DNA of 28,773 nucleotides from a virus (taxonomy: Duplodnaviria > Caudoviricetes): positions 1 to 28,773 of the IMG/VR virus record IMGVR_UViG_3300030395_000713. One strand, 5' to 3'. The notes beneath the pieces are model-generated. The model searched no databases, was not told the DNA's origin, and saw only the letters and a list, made by a program, of their open reading frames with translations. Positions 1-9,617 of the stretch are shown piece by piece; the first letter of the stretch is position 1, and each line of letters starts with the position of its first letter. The position numbers and the translations under genes were made by a program.

Positions 1-1500
1 GTTAACGCAACAGCAAACGAATTTCAGGTTTCAGCAACGTCTGGCGGCACACCGATAGATTTTACAGCATTGGGACTTGGCACAGTTCATTTATTTAGGA
101 AGCGTTTAGGTTCGGCACAGTTTCTTGTACAAGTGGGCGCGTCTCAAACATTTAGACAGGCTCTTGGCGAAAACCATCGGTTCGACATAATAGATAATGG
201 TACTTCTATGTACCAAAACGTAAGTGGTTTAGTAACTTTGCCAGACATTCAAGATAGCCATGATGTAACTTGCACAGTAATAGACCCACAAGATGACCCT
301 CCGTGGAATGCAAGTGCGAATATAAGCGGAAAAATAAAATTAACGGGAACTACTACTGGAACGGTTGTTGTTGAACAAGATTTAGCACTTGGGGTTAATA
401 CATTTAGATTTGGTGCAGATGACACGCAAGTTAAGCTTGAAGTTATACCAAATGCAGGTTCGCGCCACTTCGATGTTGATAACATTAGTTTAAAACAAAA
501 GACAGTAGCAGAGCCAGTAGCAAATGCGCCAATAAATAATAAAGGCGTTTTTGTTACAGAGGAGCGATTTATCTTTGCTTTAGGTGCAGGTGGTAATCCC
601 AAAAAAGTTCAATGGTGCGATAAAGAGCAAAAAAGTACATGGACACCTTTGGCAACGAATGAAGCAGGTGACTTTGAACTTGCGACAAGTGGCCAAATTA
701 TGTGTGGTATAAATACTAGAGGTGTTTCATTAATCATAACAGATACAGATGCATTTCAGGCCAATTATCAGGGTCCACCTTATGTCTATGGATTTCAAAA
801 AGTTGGAACAAATTGCGGAGCTATTTCTAGGTTAGGTACTGTATCGACTGATGTAGGCGCATTTTGGTTTGGCACTGAAAATTTCCATTACTTTGATGGT
901 AACAGCGTACAAACTTTAAAATGTGATGTTCACGACTATGTATTTAATGATTTTAATTCTTCACAACAAAGTAAAATTTGGGGAATGGTTAATGGCGCAC
1001 ATAGTGAAATTTGGTGGTTTTACTGTTCAGGTGAAAGCGTAGAAATAGATAGATATGTTGCCTACGATTACAAAGATAATCACTGGCTAATTGGGAACTT
1101 GGCTAGAACTTCTGGGGTGAGTAGAGGGGTGTTTACATATCCGTTTATGGCTTCGCACAACACGACATCAACTATTTACAATCATGAAGTCGGTTATAAT
1201 TACGAAGGGGCTAATATTTTTTGCGAAACGGGTCCAATTTCGATAGGAACAGGTGACCAAGTTGCAAAGGTTACTGAGGTTGTTGTAGACGAAGAAACTC
1301 AAGGCGATGTTAATTTAAAATTCAAAGCTAAATTTTTGCCGAACGATGTAGAACGTGAATACGGTCCATTTAACCCTGCAAATCCAACGGCTGTTCGGTT
1401 TACTGGCCGTCAAATTAAAATGAGGGTTGAAGGTGATCAAAAAACTAACTGGAAAGTTGGTACAATGAGACTAGACATTAGAGCAGGGGGTAGAAGGTAA
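1..1500 (+). CDS. Tail nozzle / DNA stabilisation protein (P22 gp10 / tail tubular B-like), 5'-truncated
   Basis: Frame is open from base 1 (VNATANEFQV...), so the start at 70 is probably an artefact. C-terminal beta-propeller-like text (VFVTEERFIFALGAGGNPKKVQWCD, EIWWFY, RFTGRQIKMRVEG, GTMRLDIRAGGRR) resembles podoviral nozzle proteins; lies just upstream of the ejection genes. Confidence 0.7.
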   Translation, partial: VNATANEFQVSATSGGTPIDFTALGLGTVHLFRKRLGSAQFLVQVGASQTFRQALGENHRFDIIDNGTSMYQNVSGLVTLPDIQDSHDVTCTVIDPQDDPPWNASANISGKIKLTGTTTGTVVVEQDLALGVNTFRFGADDTQVKLEVIPNAGSRHFDVDNISLKQKTVAEPVANAPINNKGVFVTEERFIFALGAGGNPKKVQWCDKEQKSTWTPLATNEAGDFELATSGQIMCGINTRGVSLIITDTDAFQANYQGPPYVYGFQKVGTNCGAISRLGTVSTDVGAFWFGTENFHYFDGNSVQTLKCDVHDYVFNDFNSSQQSKIWGMVNGAHSEIWWFYCSGESVEIDRYVAYDYKDNHWLIGNLARTSGVSRGVFTYPFMASHNTTSTIYNHEVGYNYEGANIFCETGPISIGTGDQVAKVTEVVVDEETQGDVNLKFKAKFLPNDVEREYGPFNPANPTAVRFTGRQIKMRVEGDQKTNWKVGTMRLDIRAGGRR

Positions 1501-1847
1501 TGCCTGTTAGACCGCCTGTTCTCGGCGAAGATGTTAGACAATGGGGCAGGCAGTTAAATTTATTTTTAACTACTAATTTAGGTAAGTTATTTTTTAAAAC
1601 GTCATCGGACAACCCAAGTGAGAACGGTATATTTTTATGGGATGATGATAAAAACTACCCTGTTGTTTCAGCGCAAAACAGTTTTAGGCAAATAGCAATG
1701 CAGCAAGCCGCCCCGTCATCTAGCGTAGGTGCAACAGGTGATAATGTTGGAATGATAAGTTGGGATACTAATTATATTTATATTTGCACTGCGGCATATG
1801 ATGGTTCAACAGCAATTTGGAAGCGTGTAGCGTTATCAAGTTATTAG
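1500..1847 (+). CDS. Small virion/tail protein
   Basis: Coupled to the upstream gene (TAATG); C-terminal motif PSSSVGATGDNVGMISWDTNYIYICTAAYDGSTAIWKRVAL is typical of phage tail-associated proteins. Confidence 0.6.
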   Translation: MPVRPPVLGEDVRQWGRQLNLFLTTNLGKLFFKTSSDNPSENGIFLWDDDKNYPVVSAQNSFRQIAMQQAAPSSSVGATGDNVGMISWDTNYIYICTAAYDGSTAIWKRVALSSY

Positions 1848-1865
1848 GGTGTAATGTAAATAAAA

Positions 1866-1879
1866 ATGTGGTATAGAGA
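1866..1879 (+). promoter_or_regulatory. Putative late promoter element ATGTGGTATAGAGA (extended -10-like)
   Basis: Intergenic; identical 14-mer at 26090-26103, also intergenic and upstream of structural genes. Confidence 0.55.
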
Positions 1880-1896
1880 AAATAATATGGAGCGAA

Positions 1897-2820
1897 GTGA
1901 TGGGTATTTTTGATTTTTTATTAGGAAAGCCTCAACAAACTGTAATGGATGCTAGGTCACAACAGGCTAGAGATTTCATTTTAGATGAACTTGACAGAGT
2001 TTATGCACAAGACCCTATAAATGTTCCTAAATATTTTGCACAAGTACCAGCTGCGGCTTACAGCGGCACTAATAATTTATTGGCATCGTTAGGAATGGAT
2101 ACTGTTGCACCGCCCAATATGGGAAATAATGTTGCTAACATCGGCGGCATGGATGTTTACACAAGTGATTTGCTTCAAAAACAAATGGAACAAGATTTTG
2201 CTAACAGAAATCCATCTCTTTACAATGAATTAGTAGGCAACACTAACACTGCTCCTACAGCGTCATTCACAGACTTAACGGGAAGTGGCGGTGGAAGTGG
2301 CGGCGGTGGTAGCGACCCATATCATGGCGGTGATAGCGTAGCAGACTTTTTAGATCCAAATAATAGAATGGGCATGGCTGAACACATGGAAAGGCAGAAG
2401 AAAAATTATGCTGCAGGTGTTTCAGATGGTGCGATGGGTTTTGCAAAGACACCTGACGGCGGCGTTTATGCCGTAGGGTATAAAGCAGGGCAAATGTCAC
2501 CAAGAGAAGCGGCAGAAAAAGGTTATACAATGACCGATAAAAACCCCTTCGATATGTCTATAGGTGAACATTTTGGGCAAATAGGCTCAGATGTTGTTGA
2601 TATAGCTAAAACTGTAGCAAATGATGTTAAAGATATGTCTCTTATTGGTAATCTTGTGAGTAAAATGACAGGTGGCAACGATAGCAAGCAAAGCAGTTTT
2701 CACGATGACATGGTTGCAAAAGCACAAGAAAGAGCAAAACAAAAAACAGCGGGTCTAACCAAGACGCAAAAACGAGGCGGTGCTGCATTAGATAGCCGTT
2801 TTGGAATTTCTGGATTGTAA
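1897..2820 (+). CDS. Putative internal virion/ejection protein
   Basis: GGAG RBS; Gly/Met/Gln-rich, GSGGGSGGGGS linker; first gene of the ejection cluster. Confidence 0.55.
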   Translation: MMGIFDFLLGKPQQTVMDARSQQARDFILDELDRVYAQDPINVPKYFAQVPAAAYSGTNNLLASLGMDTVAPPNMGNNVANIGGMDVYTSDLLQKQMEQDFANRNPSLYNELVGNTNTAPTASFTDLTGSGGGSGGGGSDPYHGGDSVADFLDPNNRMGMAEHMERQKKNYAAGVSDGAMGFAKTPDGGVYAVGYKAGQMSPREAAEKGYTMTDKNPFDMSIGEHFGQIGSDVVDIAKTVANDVKDMSLIGNLVSKMTGGNDSKQSSFHDDMVAKAQERAKQKTAGLTKTQKRGGAALDSRFGISGL

Positions 2821-2831
2821 AAGGAAAAGCT

Positions 2832-3485
2832 ATGATTGGTGATAATATATTTCAACAGGCACAAAACGCACAACAAACAGCGGGGAATGTTTATAATAAC
2901 ATGGCCACGCAAGGGTTAAGCCCAACAGCATATCAAAATTTTATGAACCCTTACATTGATGACGTTATAAAACGAGCGCAAGACGATAATGAACGTGCTA
3001 GACAGATGGCTATAAATTCTCGTGGCGCACAAAGTGAAAGTGCAAACGCATACGGCGGTTCAAGGTCGGGCATTGTTGATGCAATGACTAATGCAGAATA
3101 TGATAGAAACGCTTTGAGCATGGCAGCTGCACAAAGAATGCAAGGTTTTAACAATGCACAAAATTTAGCAGGCCGTGATATGGGCTACAGACAGCAAGGC
3201 GCACAAAATTTGCAAAGTCTTGGCAATCAGATGTTCGGTCAGGGTCGATACGGCATACAGCAACAACAACGTGCTAGTGATTTAGCAATGAAACAGCAAC
3301 AACAGCTGTTAGATGCTGCACGAGCGCAAACATTAGCAAATTTAGGGTATCCAAGAGAAAATCTTAGTTTTTATTCTAGTATTTTTGGCGGTCAGCCTAG
3401 AATGGATGTTATACAAGGAGAAACTCCTGGACTTTTTGACATTTTATCAGGAATCGGAAGCATACCATTTTTACCATTTGGTTGA
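2832..3485 (+). CDS. Putative DNA ejection/pilot protein
   Basis: AAGGA RBS; Gln/Ala-rich helical protein with FMNPYIDDVI and AYGGSRSGI motifs and a hydrophobic Gly-rich C-terminus (PGLFDILSGIG), as in podoviral pilot proteins. Confidence 0.65.
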   Translation: MIGDNIFQQAQNAQQTAGNVYNNMATQGLSPTAYQNFMNPYIDDVIKRAQDDNERARQMAINSRGAQSESANAYGGSRSGIVDAMTNAEYDRNALSMAAAQRMQGFNNAQNLAGRDMGYRQQGAQNLQSLGNQMFGQGRYGIQQQQRASDLAMKQQQQLLDAARAQTLANLGYPRENLSFYSSIFGGQPRMDVIQGETPGLFDILSGIGSIPFLPFG

Positions 3486-3493
3486 GATTATAA

Positions 3494-4963
3494 ATGATAA
3501 CATGGGAAGACGTACAACAAGGCATATTCGACGGTGAAAGCGGTGGTGATTATAATGCTCTTTTTGGGTATCAAAACAGACAGAACGGGATTTTTAGCAA
3601 TGTAAGAATAACCGACATGACTGTTGATGAAGCACTAGCGTTTGCAGATCCAAAAGGAGAATATGCAAGATATGTTGCAAGTAAAAATAACGGTCAAATT
3701 GCTACCCCGATGGGTGCATATCAAATAGTTGGCAGAACATTAAGAGATGCAAAAGAAAAATTAAATTTATCAGGTGATGAAAAACTAACAAAAAGTCTTC
3801 AAGATAGAATAGGAAAATGGCTATATAAAACACAAGGCACGAAGGCTTGGGTCGGCTACAAGGGGCCGAAAGAAACGGCAGAAGGAGCAAAAAATATGAA
3901 CCCATTGCAAATGCAGCAAATGCAACAAATGCAACAACGACAAGGTGGTTTGATGGGTTTTCTTAGAGATCCTAGAACACGAGTTGCACTTGGTGATATG
4001 AGCCGAACCAGTATCGGACGAAGAATAGCAGATACAGCAAGAAAAGAAATTGCAACAAATAAAATAAAAGAAGTTGAAAATGCGACAGCTAGATATTTAG
4101 ATACACAACCTAACGGCAAAAAATATGCTGATGCTATTAGAATGGGTATGCCCGCAAAAGAAATATTAGACCAGTATAGAACCGATCAAGGTTTAGGAAC
4201 AGACGGTAATGTGCAATCTTCAACAGCGTTATTTGGTGGTGGCACTATGATCGTTACTAGGGACGGTCAATTTATAGTAAAAGACACTAATAATAAAATT
4301 TTAAAAGGACAGGAAGCGCAAGACTATATAGATGCTGCAAATGCTAAAAAACAAAAATTTGACCAAGAAAATGCGGCGGGTAAAAAATTGGGGCAGATTA
4401 CAGCCGAAAGAGCTGACAAAGTTTACGAGAAGGCTGAAAAAGTTACTGAATCTATAGACAATATTAACAGAGCAATAAAAGCACTTGATGACGGTGCAAT
4501 GTCAGGTTTCTTAGAAAATTACTTTCCCGACATAAGAAGGGCATCGGCTGAACTCAGAACAGCAATGAACTCTATGGCTTTGGATACTATTGCTGCCGCA
4601 ACATTTGGCGCATTATCTGAAGCTGAAATGAATTTTGCTATAGCAACATCTTCCCCGCCTGACCTAAGTCCAGTACCTTTGAGAGAATGGTTGATAAAAA
4701 AACGCAGAGACCAAGAAGCCGCCAGAGTTGCCTTAGAAAGAGCGGCGGCTTACCTAGCTAGACCGGGAAATACTCTTGAAGGTTTTATAGATGAACAAAT
4801 AAAAACAAGGGAACAAAACGAGGCAAGCAACAGGTATATTTCCAAACCATTAAATGACTTATTAGATTTAGCTGAAAAAGTCGCTAACGGTACAATACAA
4901 ATGGGCATTCAAGAAAAGAAAGAACTAATAGAAGCAATTAAGCAAAAGCAAAATTCGAGTTAA
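3494..4963 (+). CDS. Internal virion protein with N-terminal lysozyme-like (muramidase) domain
   Basis: N-terminal ESGGDYNALFGY...MTVDEAL...GAYQIVGRTL...QDRIGKWL matches lysozyme-superfamily motifs; helical C-terminus with FGALSEAEM typical of ejection proteins. Confidence 0.75.
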   Translation: MITWEDVQQGIFDGESGGDYNALFGYQNRQNGIFSNVRITDMTVDEALAFADPKGEYARYVASKNNGQIATPMGAYQIVGRTLRDAKEKLNLSGDEKLTKSLQDRIGKWLYKTQGTKAWVGYKGPKETAEGAKNMNPLQMQQMQQMQQRQGGLMGFLRDPRTRVALGDMSRTSIGRRIADTARKEIATNKIKEVENATARYLDTQPNGKKYADAIRMGMPAKEILDQYRTDQGLGTDGNVQSSTALFGGGTMIVTRDGQFIVKDTNNKILKGQEAQDYIDAANAKKQKFDQENAAGKKLGQITAERADKVYEKAEKVTESIDNINRAIKALDDGAMSGFLENYFPDIRRASAELRTAMNSMALDTIAAATFGALSEAEMNFAIATSSPPDLSPVPLREWLIKKRRDQEAARVALERAAAYLARPGNTLEGFIDEQIKTREQNEASNRYISKPLNDLLDLAEKVANGTIQMGIQEKKELIEAIKQKQNSS

Positions 4964-4967
4964 TAAC

Positions 4968-7235
4968 ATGGATGTAAACGAAGCTATATCAGCCTTAGAA
5001 GCGCAAATTGCAGAAGAAGAAAAAAGTGATTCCACTGGACTTGATGCTGAACTAAAATCATTAATAAAACAGACTAACCTTTTACCACCTGACCCTGAAG
5101 TAAAAGAAGACCAAAGGGGTTTTCTAAAAAGAACGGCTGATTGGTTTAAGGGTGGCCAAAGAGATAGCACTATACCAACTATTGCTGAAATGGCTCTAGG
5201 CAATACTGCACAAAAACTAGCGTTAGATGGTAGGCAAGCTACACAACTTGCAGCACTTATTTCAACAACAGCTAGTGATGATAGATTGCGAAGGGGCATT
5301 AAAAAAATATTGCCTGATGCTAATTTTACTAATGATGAATATGGAAATTTAGTTGTTATCTCACCAGTAACAGGAAAAGGGACACCGACAGATAGTCAAT
5401 ATGTTAGATTTTACCCAAATCCAAAAGGTTTAGATAAAACAGATTTATTTCCATTAACAGCTGCAGCTGGTGGTGGTGCTGTTCTTGCGGGCGGTGCTGC
5501 AATTATGGGTATTCCTGCGGGCGGTTATTTTGGATCTGCTTTGCTTGGCATGGCTGAAGGCGGTTTGGCTGAGTTAATAAGTTCTAGACTAACAGGTAGC
5601 GTTTATAAAATTTTTGATATTCCTTTAAGCGGTCTAGGTGGTGTATTAGGCAAAGCGGGTATGGACAAGGCTGCACAATTGCTAACAGGCATTGTTTCTA
5701 AGCTAAAAACAAAACCTTTTTCAGTTATAGATAAAACAACAGGTAATTTAAAAAAATCAGTGCAAGATGATTTGCGGTCTAATGGCATAGACCCTGATGG
5801 TATTAGTGAAAAGTTAGCGCAACAAATAAATGAGGCATCAAGTAGGTCGGTTGACGGGCAAGCTGTAGCAGCAACGACAGAAGCACAAAGTCTGCCTGTT
5901 CCTGTTCCACTTACAAAAGGACAAGCGTCAGGCAATCCAAGCGATCAATTAATGGAAGACGCAATTACAAAAGGTGTTTACGGAGAGGCTAACAAAACTA
6001 AAATTGATGATATTCTGACAAAGCAAACTGATAGAATAAATGAGAATGTTAGTTTTATTGAAGAAAGTTTAGGCGGTGGTGCGCCAAAGCCGTCAACGAT
6101 TGAAGTCGGTGAAAATATTCAAAGTACATTAAATAATATAAGACGCACTGAAAAACGAAGGGCAACTGACCTTTTCACAGAAGCGAGTGAAAAAGGTTAT
6201 GCATTTATACCGACAGAACACGCAGGGGAAGTAAGTGACATTTTAAGAAAAAGTGTTAATAGCTTTCCCAAAACAGAAATAGAAGGTGTTTCTAAGTTAA
6301 TTGATGAAATGGACGAAATATTAAGTTCTGGTGGCGATGTTACAAGTTTGTTTAATATTAGAAGGCAGTTAAACGGTTTTCCAAAAAACTCACCTGCACA
6401 AGCGGCGGCGATAAAACTTAAAAATACACTAGACAACGTTTTGGACGGATTAGTAGAACAAAAATTGCTTGACGGAAATCCTGAGGCTGTAGCTGCACAA
6501 ATGAAGGCTATAGCAAACTATAGAGATTATGCGTCACGTTGGAAAGATAAAGGTATTTTACGGACATTAACAGAAGTAGAGCCAAATAGTGGCAGTTTAC
6601 AACTTAAAAAAGACCCTGCGGAAATAGCAAATTTCTTGTTTAATTCGTCAGGAACAAAATTAATTAAACAACCAAAATTAAGAAACGATCTAAGAATATT
6701 AAAGGCTGAACTTCCCGAGGACGCTTGGAACCAAATACGGCAAGAGGCTTTTGCAACTATTGTTAGACAAGCAAATATGCCGCAAACAGGAACAGCACAA
6801 ATAAAATTATCTGGTGTCAAAATGAGTAACTTTTTATTCAAAATGACACAGGAAAATCCAGAAGTTATGAGGGGTTTATTTTCAGCTGATGAAATTAAAT
6901 TGATGAAAAGATTTGCTTCAGTAGCAAGAAGGGTAACAGATACAACTAAAAATGCTTCAAATTCAGCTTATGCAGCCGCAGGGATTTTATCACAATTATA
7001 TAGAGCATTAGATATGAGTAGAATGGGACGTTTGGTTAGCAGTGTACCGTTTCTAAACACTATTCAAAGATTTGTAGCGGGTGAAGCAGCTGAAGAGGCA
7101 AGTCCACAAATGTTTAGAAGACCGAGCGTCGGTGCAGCAACAGGCGGGGCAGTCGGTGGAAGTGAAGAATTTGACCCAATGCAAGAACAATTAAATCGTG
7201 CAGTTGGAAACCGCTCACCGCAAGCATATTATTAA
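4968..7235 (+). CDS. Large internal virion / DNA transfer protein
   Basis: 755 aa, mostly helical, Gly/Ala hydrophobic stretch near aa 160-235, VPLTKGQASGN motif; last gene of the ejection cluster. Confidence 0.65.
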   Translation: MDVNEAISALEAQIAEEEKSDSTGLDAELKSLIKQTNLLPPDPEVKEDQRGFLKRTADWFKGGQRDSTIPTIAEMALGNTAQKLALDGRQATQLAALISTTASDDRLRRGIKKILPDANFTNDEYGNLVVISPVTGKGTPTDSQYVRFYPNPKGLDKTDLFPLTAAAGGGAVLAGGAAIMGIPAGGYFGSALLGMAEGGLAELISSRLTGSVYKIFDIPLSGLGGVLGKAGMDKAAQLLTGIVSKLKTKPFSVIDKTTGNLKKSVQDDLRSNGIDPDGISEKLAQQINEASSRSVDGQAVAATTEAQSLPVPVPLTKGQASGNPSDQLMEDAITKGVYGEANKTKIDDILTKQTDRINENVSFIEESLGGGAPKPSTIEVGENIQSTLNNIRRTEKRRATDLFTEASEKGYAFIPTEHAGEVSDILRKSVNSFPKTEIEGVSKLIDEMDEILSSGGDVTSLFNIRRQLNGFPKNSPAQAAAIKLKNTLDNVLDGLVEQKLLDGNPEAVAAQMKAIANYRDYASRWKDKGILRTLTEVEPNSGSLQLKKDPAEIANFLFNSSGTKLIKQPKLRNDLRILKAELPEDAWNQIRQEAFATIVRQANMPQTGTAQIKLSGVKMSNFLFKMTQENPEVMRGLFSADEIKLMKRFASVARRVTDTTKNASNSAYAAAGILSQLYRALDMSRMGRLVSSVPFLNTIQRFVAGEAAEEASPQMFRRPSVGAATGGAVGGSEEFDPMQEQLNRAVGNRSPQAYY

Positions 7236-7246
7236 AAGGATAAACC

Positions 7247-9391
7247 ATGAAAATTGAGGCAATGGATGACGAAACAGTTCAAGGCATTATTCAAAAAGCT
7301 GTTGAAGATGCGGTTGATTTTATAGAAGCAGAAATTACTGAACCGCGCTTGAAATCACAACGCTACTATGACGGCGAGGTTGATATAGGTTACGAGGATG
7401 GTCGGTCTAGAGTTGTTGCAACTAAATGTCGAGAAGTTGTTAAAAGTTTAAAACCATCAATTCAGCGTGTTTTTCTAAGCACTGAAAATGTTGTGGAATT
7501 TGTCCCAAGAATGCCCGAAGACGTTCAAATGTGTGAACAGATGACAAAATTTGCAAATTATAAATTTATGCAGAACGACGGTTATAGGCTGCTAAATGAT
7601 GTTTTTCAGGATGCTATGGTAAAGAAAACAGGCATAGCAAAAGTGATGTATGAGGATAAATCAAAAAGCGAAATACATGAATTTAGAAATTTAACAGATG
7701 AAGAATTTAATTATTTGATAGAGCCTGATGAAGTAACAGTTTTAGAGCATACAAAAACAGTTGAAGCATCAATAGAAGACGAAGAAGGCTTAGAGGTTGA
7801 AACAGTTATACATGATGTAAAAATTAGCCGACAAAAAACAGAAGGTGATATTTCTATAACATCAATACCGCCCGAAGAATTTTTTGTTGATAGAAACGCA
7901 CGAAGCATTGATGACTTTTTTGTGATTGGTCATAGAACAGATATGACTATAGGCGATTTGCTTGCAATGGGTTTTGATCATGAAGAGGTGCATAACCTTC
8001 AAGGCGACATGGCAACTTTTGAGGCAGAAAGTGAATTTGAACGCAGAAATTACGCTGTTGATGAAAATGATGACGAAAGTGCAGATCCAACAAGTAGAAA
8101 AGTTGTTGTAACGGAAGCTTACATGAAATTAGACAAAGAAGGTACTGGTAAGCCTTTGATGTATCAGTTTATTCTTGGAGGCTCACATTATAAGGTTTTA
8201 TCTTGTGAATTAGCTGAACAAGTACCTTTTGCTGTTTTTGAAGTAGATCCAGAGCCTCATGCATTTTTTGGGAGCAGTTTAGTTGATCTTGTTATGGATG
8301 ATCAAGATGCAGCAACCTCTATGCTTAGAGGTGTATTAGACAATGTTGCTTTAACAAATAATCCTGGACTTGAAATAGTAGATGGACAGGTTTCAGTTGA
8401 TGATTTGCTTAATAACGAAATTGGTAGAATTGTTAGAGTAAAACAGCAAGGTTCTATTCGTGAACAAGTTGTTCCTTTTACAGCTGGTTCAACACTTCCC
8501 GCACTACAATACTTTGACAGCCTCGTAGAAAATAAAACAGGTGTAAGCAAAGCGTCACAAGGTTTAGACGCAAATGTTTTGCAATCAGCAAGTGCAACAG
8601 CTATCGCAGCAACAATGCAAGGTGCAGCGGGGCAAGCGGAAGTTATAGCAAGAAATTTAGCTGAAGGTGGCATGAGAAGGCTCTTTAAGCTGATAGCAAA
8701 TTGCATAATAAACAATGCTAACAGAGAAGAAATTATTAGACTTAATAATGAATTTGTTGAAGTTGATCCAAGAAGTTGGAACGCAGATGCCGATATGATG
8801 GTAAATGTTGGTATAGGGACAGGCCGTGAGGCTGAAAAATCTGCTGTTCTGCGAGAAACATTGCAAATGCAAATGTCAGTCTGGCAGCAATACGGTCCGA
8901 CAAATGGTTTAGTAACAATGACGAATGTTAGAAACACATTAGCAGATTTATTAAATAGCGTTGGCTTGAGAAATACAGACCGATACTATTTGCCTGTTAC
9001 TATGGAAAGTGAACAGCAATTAATTCAACAAAAACAGCAAGAGGCAGCGCAACAACAAATGCTAGCGCAAGGTCAACAGCAAACAGATCCAAACCAAGCA
9101 TTTATGGCAACTGAGCAAATGAAAGCACAAACAAGAGCGCAAGTTGACATGGCAAAACTACAGTTAGATGCACAAAAAGCAGCAAGCGACAATGAATTTA
9201 GAATGCATGAATTAGCTATGAAAGATGATTTGCAGCGTGATGAAATGGTGCAAGACTTAGCTGTTAAGGTAGCTGAGATATTAGGTAAATATGAAACAGC
9301 TGTTGACACAACAGCAATAAAAGCCGAACAAGAAAGAGTAAGACCACACAACAAAGAAATGATGGATGGATTACAAGAAGCGAGCTATTAG
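7247..9391 (+). CDS. Portal protein (P22/SU10-like)
   Basis: 714 aa; motifs YYDGE, GRSRVV, VEFVP, FQDAMVKKTGIAKV, SIPPEEFFVD, PEPHAFFG, TGVSKASQG; Gln-rich C-terminal helical barrel; precedes scaffold and capsid. Confidence 0.92.
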   Translation: MKIEAMDDETVQGIIQKAVEDAVDFIEAEITEPRLKSQRYYDGEVDIGYEDGRSRVVATKCREVVKSLKPSIQRVFLSTENVVEFVPRMPEDVQMCEQMTKFANYKFMQNDGYRLLNDVFQDAMVKKTGIAKVMYEDKSKSEIHEFRNLTDEEFNYLIEPDEVTVLEHTKTVEASIEDEEGLEVETVIHDVKISRQKTEGDISITSIPPEEFFVDRNARSIDDFFVIGHRTDMTIGDLLAMGFDHEEVHNLQGDMATFEAESEFERRNYAVDENDDESADPTSRKVVVTEAYMKLDKEGTGKPLMYQFILGGSHYKVLSCELAEQVPFAVFEVDPEPHAFFGSSLVDLVMDDQDAATSMLRGVLDNVALTNNPGLEIVDGQVSVDDLLNNEIGRIVRVKQQGSIREQVVPFTAGSTLPALQYFDSLVENKTGVSKASQGLDANVLQSASATAIAATMQGAAGQAEVIARNLAEGGMRRLFKLIANCIINNANREEIIRLNNEFVEVDPRSWNADADMMVNVGIGTGREAEKSAVLRETLQMQMSVWQQYGPTNGLVTMTNVRNTLADLLNSVGLRNTDRYYLPVTMESEQQLIQQKQQEAAQQQMLAQGQQQTDPNQAFMATEQMKAQTRAQVDMAKLQLDAQKAASDNEFRMHELAMKDDLQRDEMVQDLAVKVAEILGKYETAVDTTAIKAEQERVRPHNKEMMDGLQEASY

Positions 9392-9617
9392 AGCCAGAAA
9401 TTTATTAGGAAACGAAGAATTTCAAGGCATTATGAAAGATTTGCGAGAAGACCAATTGCGTCTTATTGCGAATACGAGTGCGTCAGAGGTGGAAAAACGT
9501 GAGGATGCTCATGCCATTTATCGGGCGTTAAATGAAATTGAGTTTTTATTAAGGGCGGATGTAGACGCTGAAAAACTCATAGAACGAAAGGCAAGGGACG
9601 CTCATGAGCAGCACTGA
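9366..9617 (+). CDS. Small conserved head-module protein between portal and scaffold
   Basis: 83 aa helical ORF overlapping both neighbours at the position where such phages usually carry a small head gene. Confidence 0.6.
   Translation: MDYKKRAIRARNLLGNEEFQGIMKDLREDQLRLIANTSASEVEKREDAHAIYRALNEIEFLLRADVDAEKLIERKARDAHEQH

Noticed and set aside
9010-9085. Gln-rich low-complexity tract in the portal (also 3905-3945 and the Gly/Ser linker near 2280-2312)
   Set aside because: These are in-frame protein low-complexity segments normal for portal barrels and ejection proteins, not DNA-level repeats
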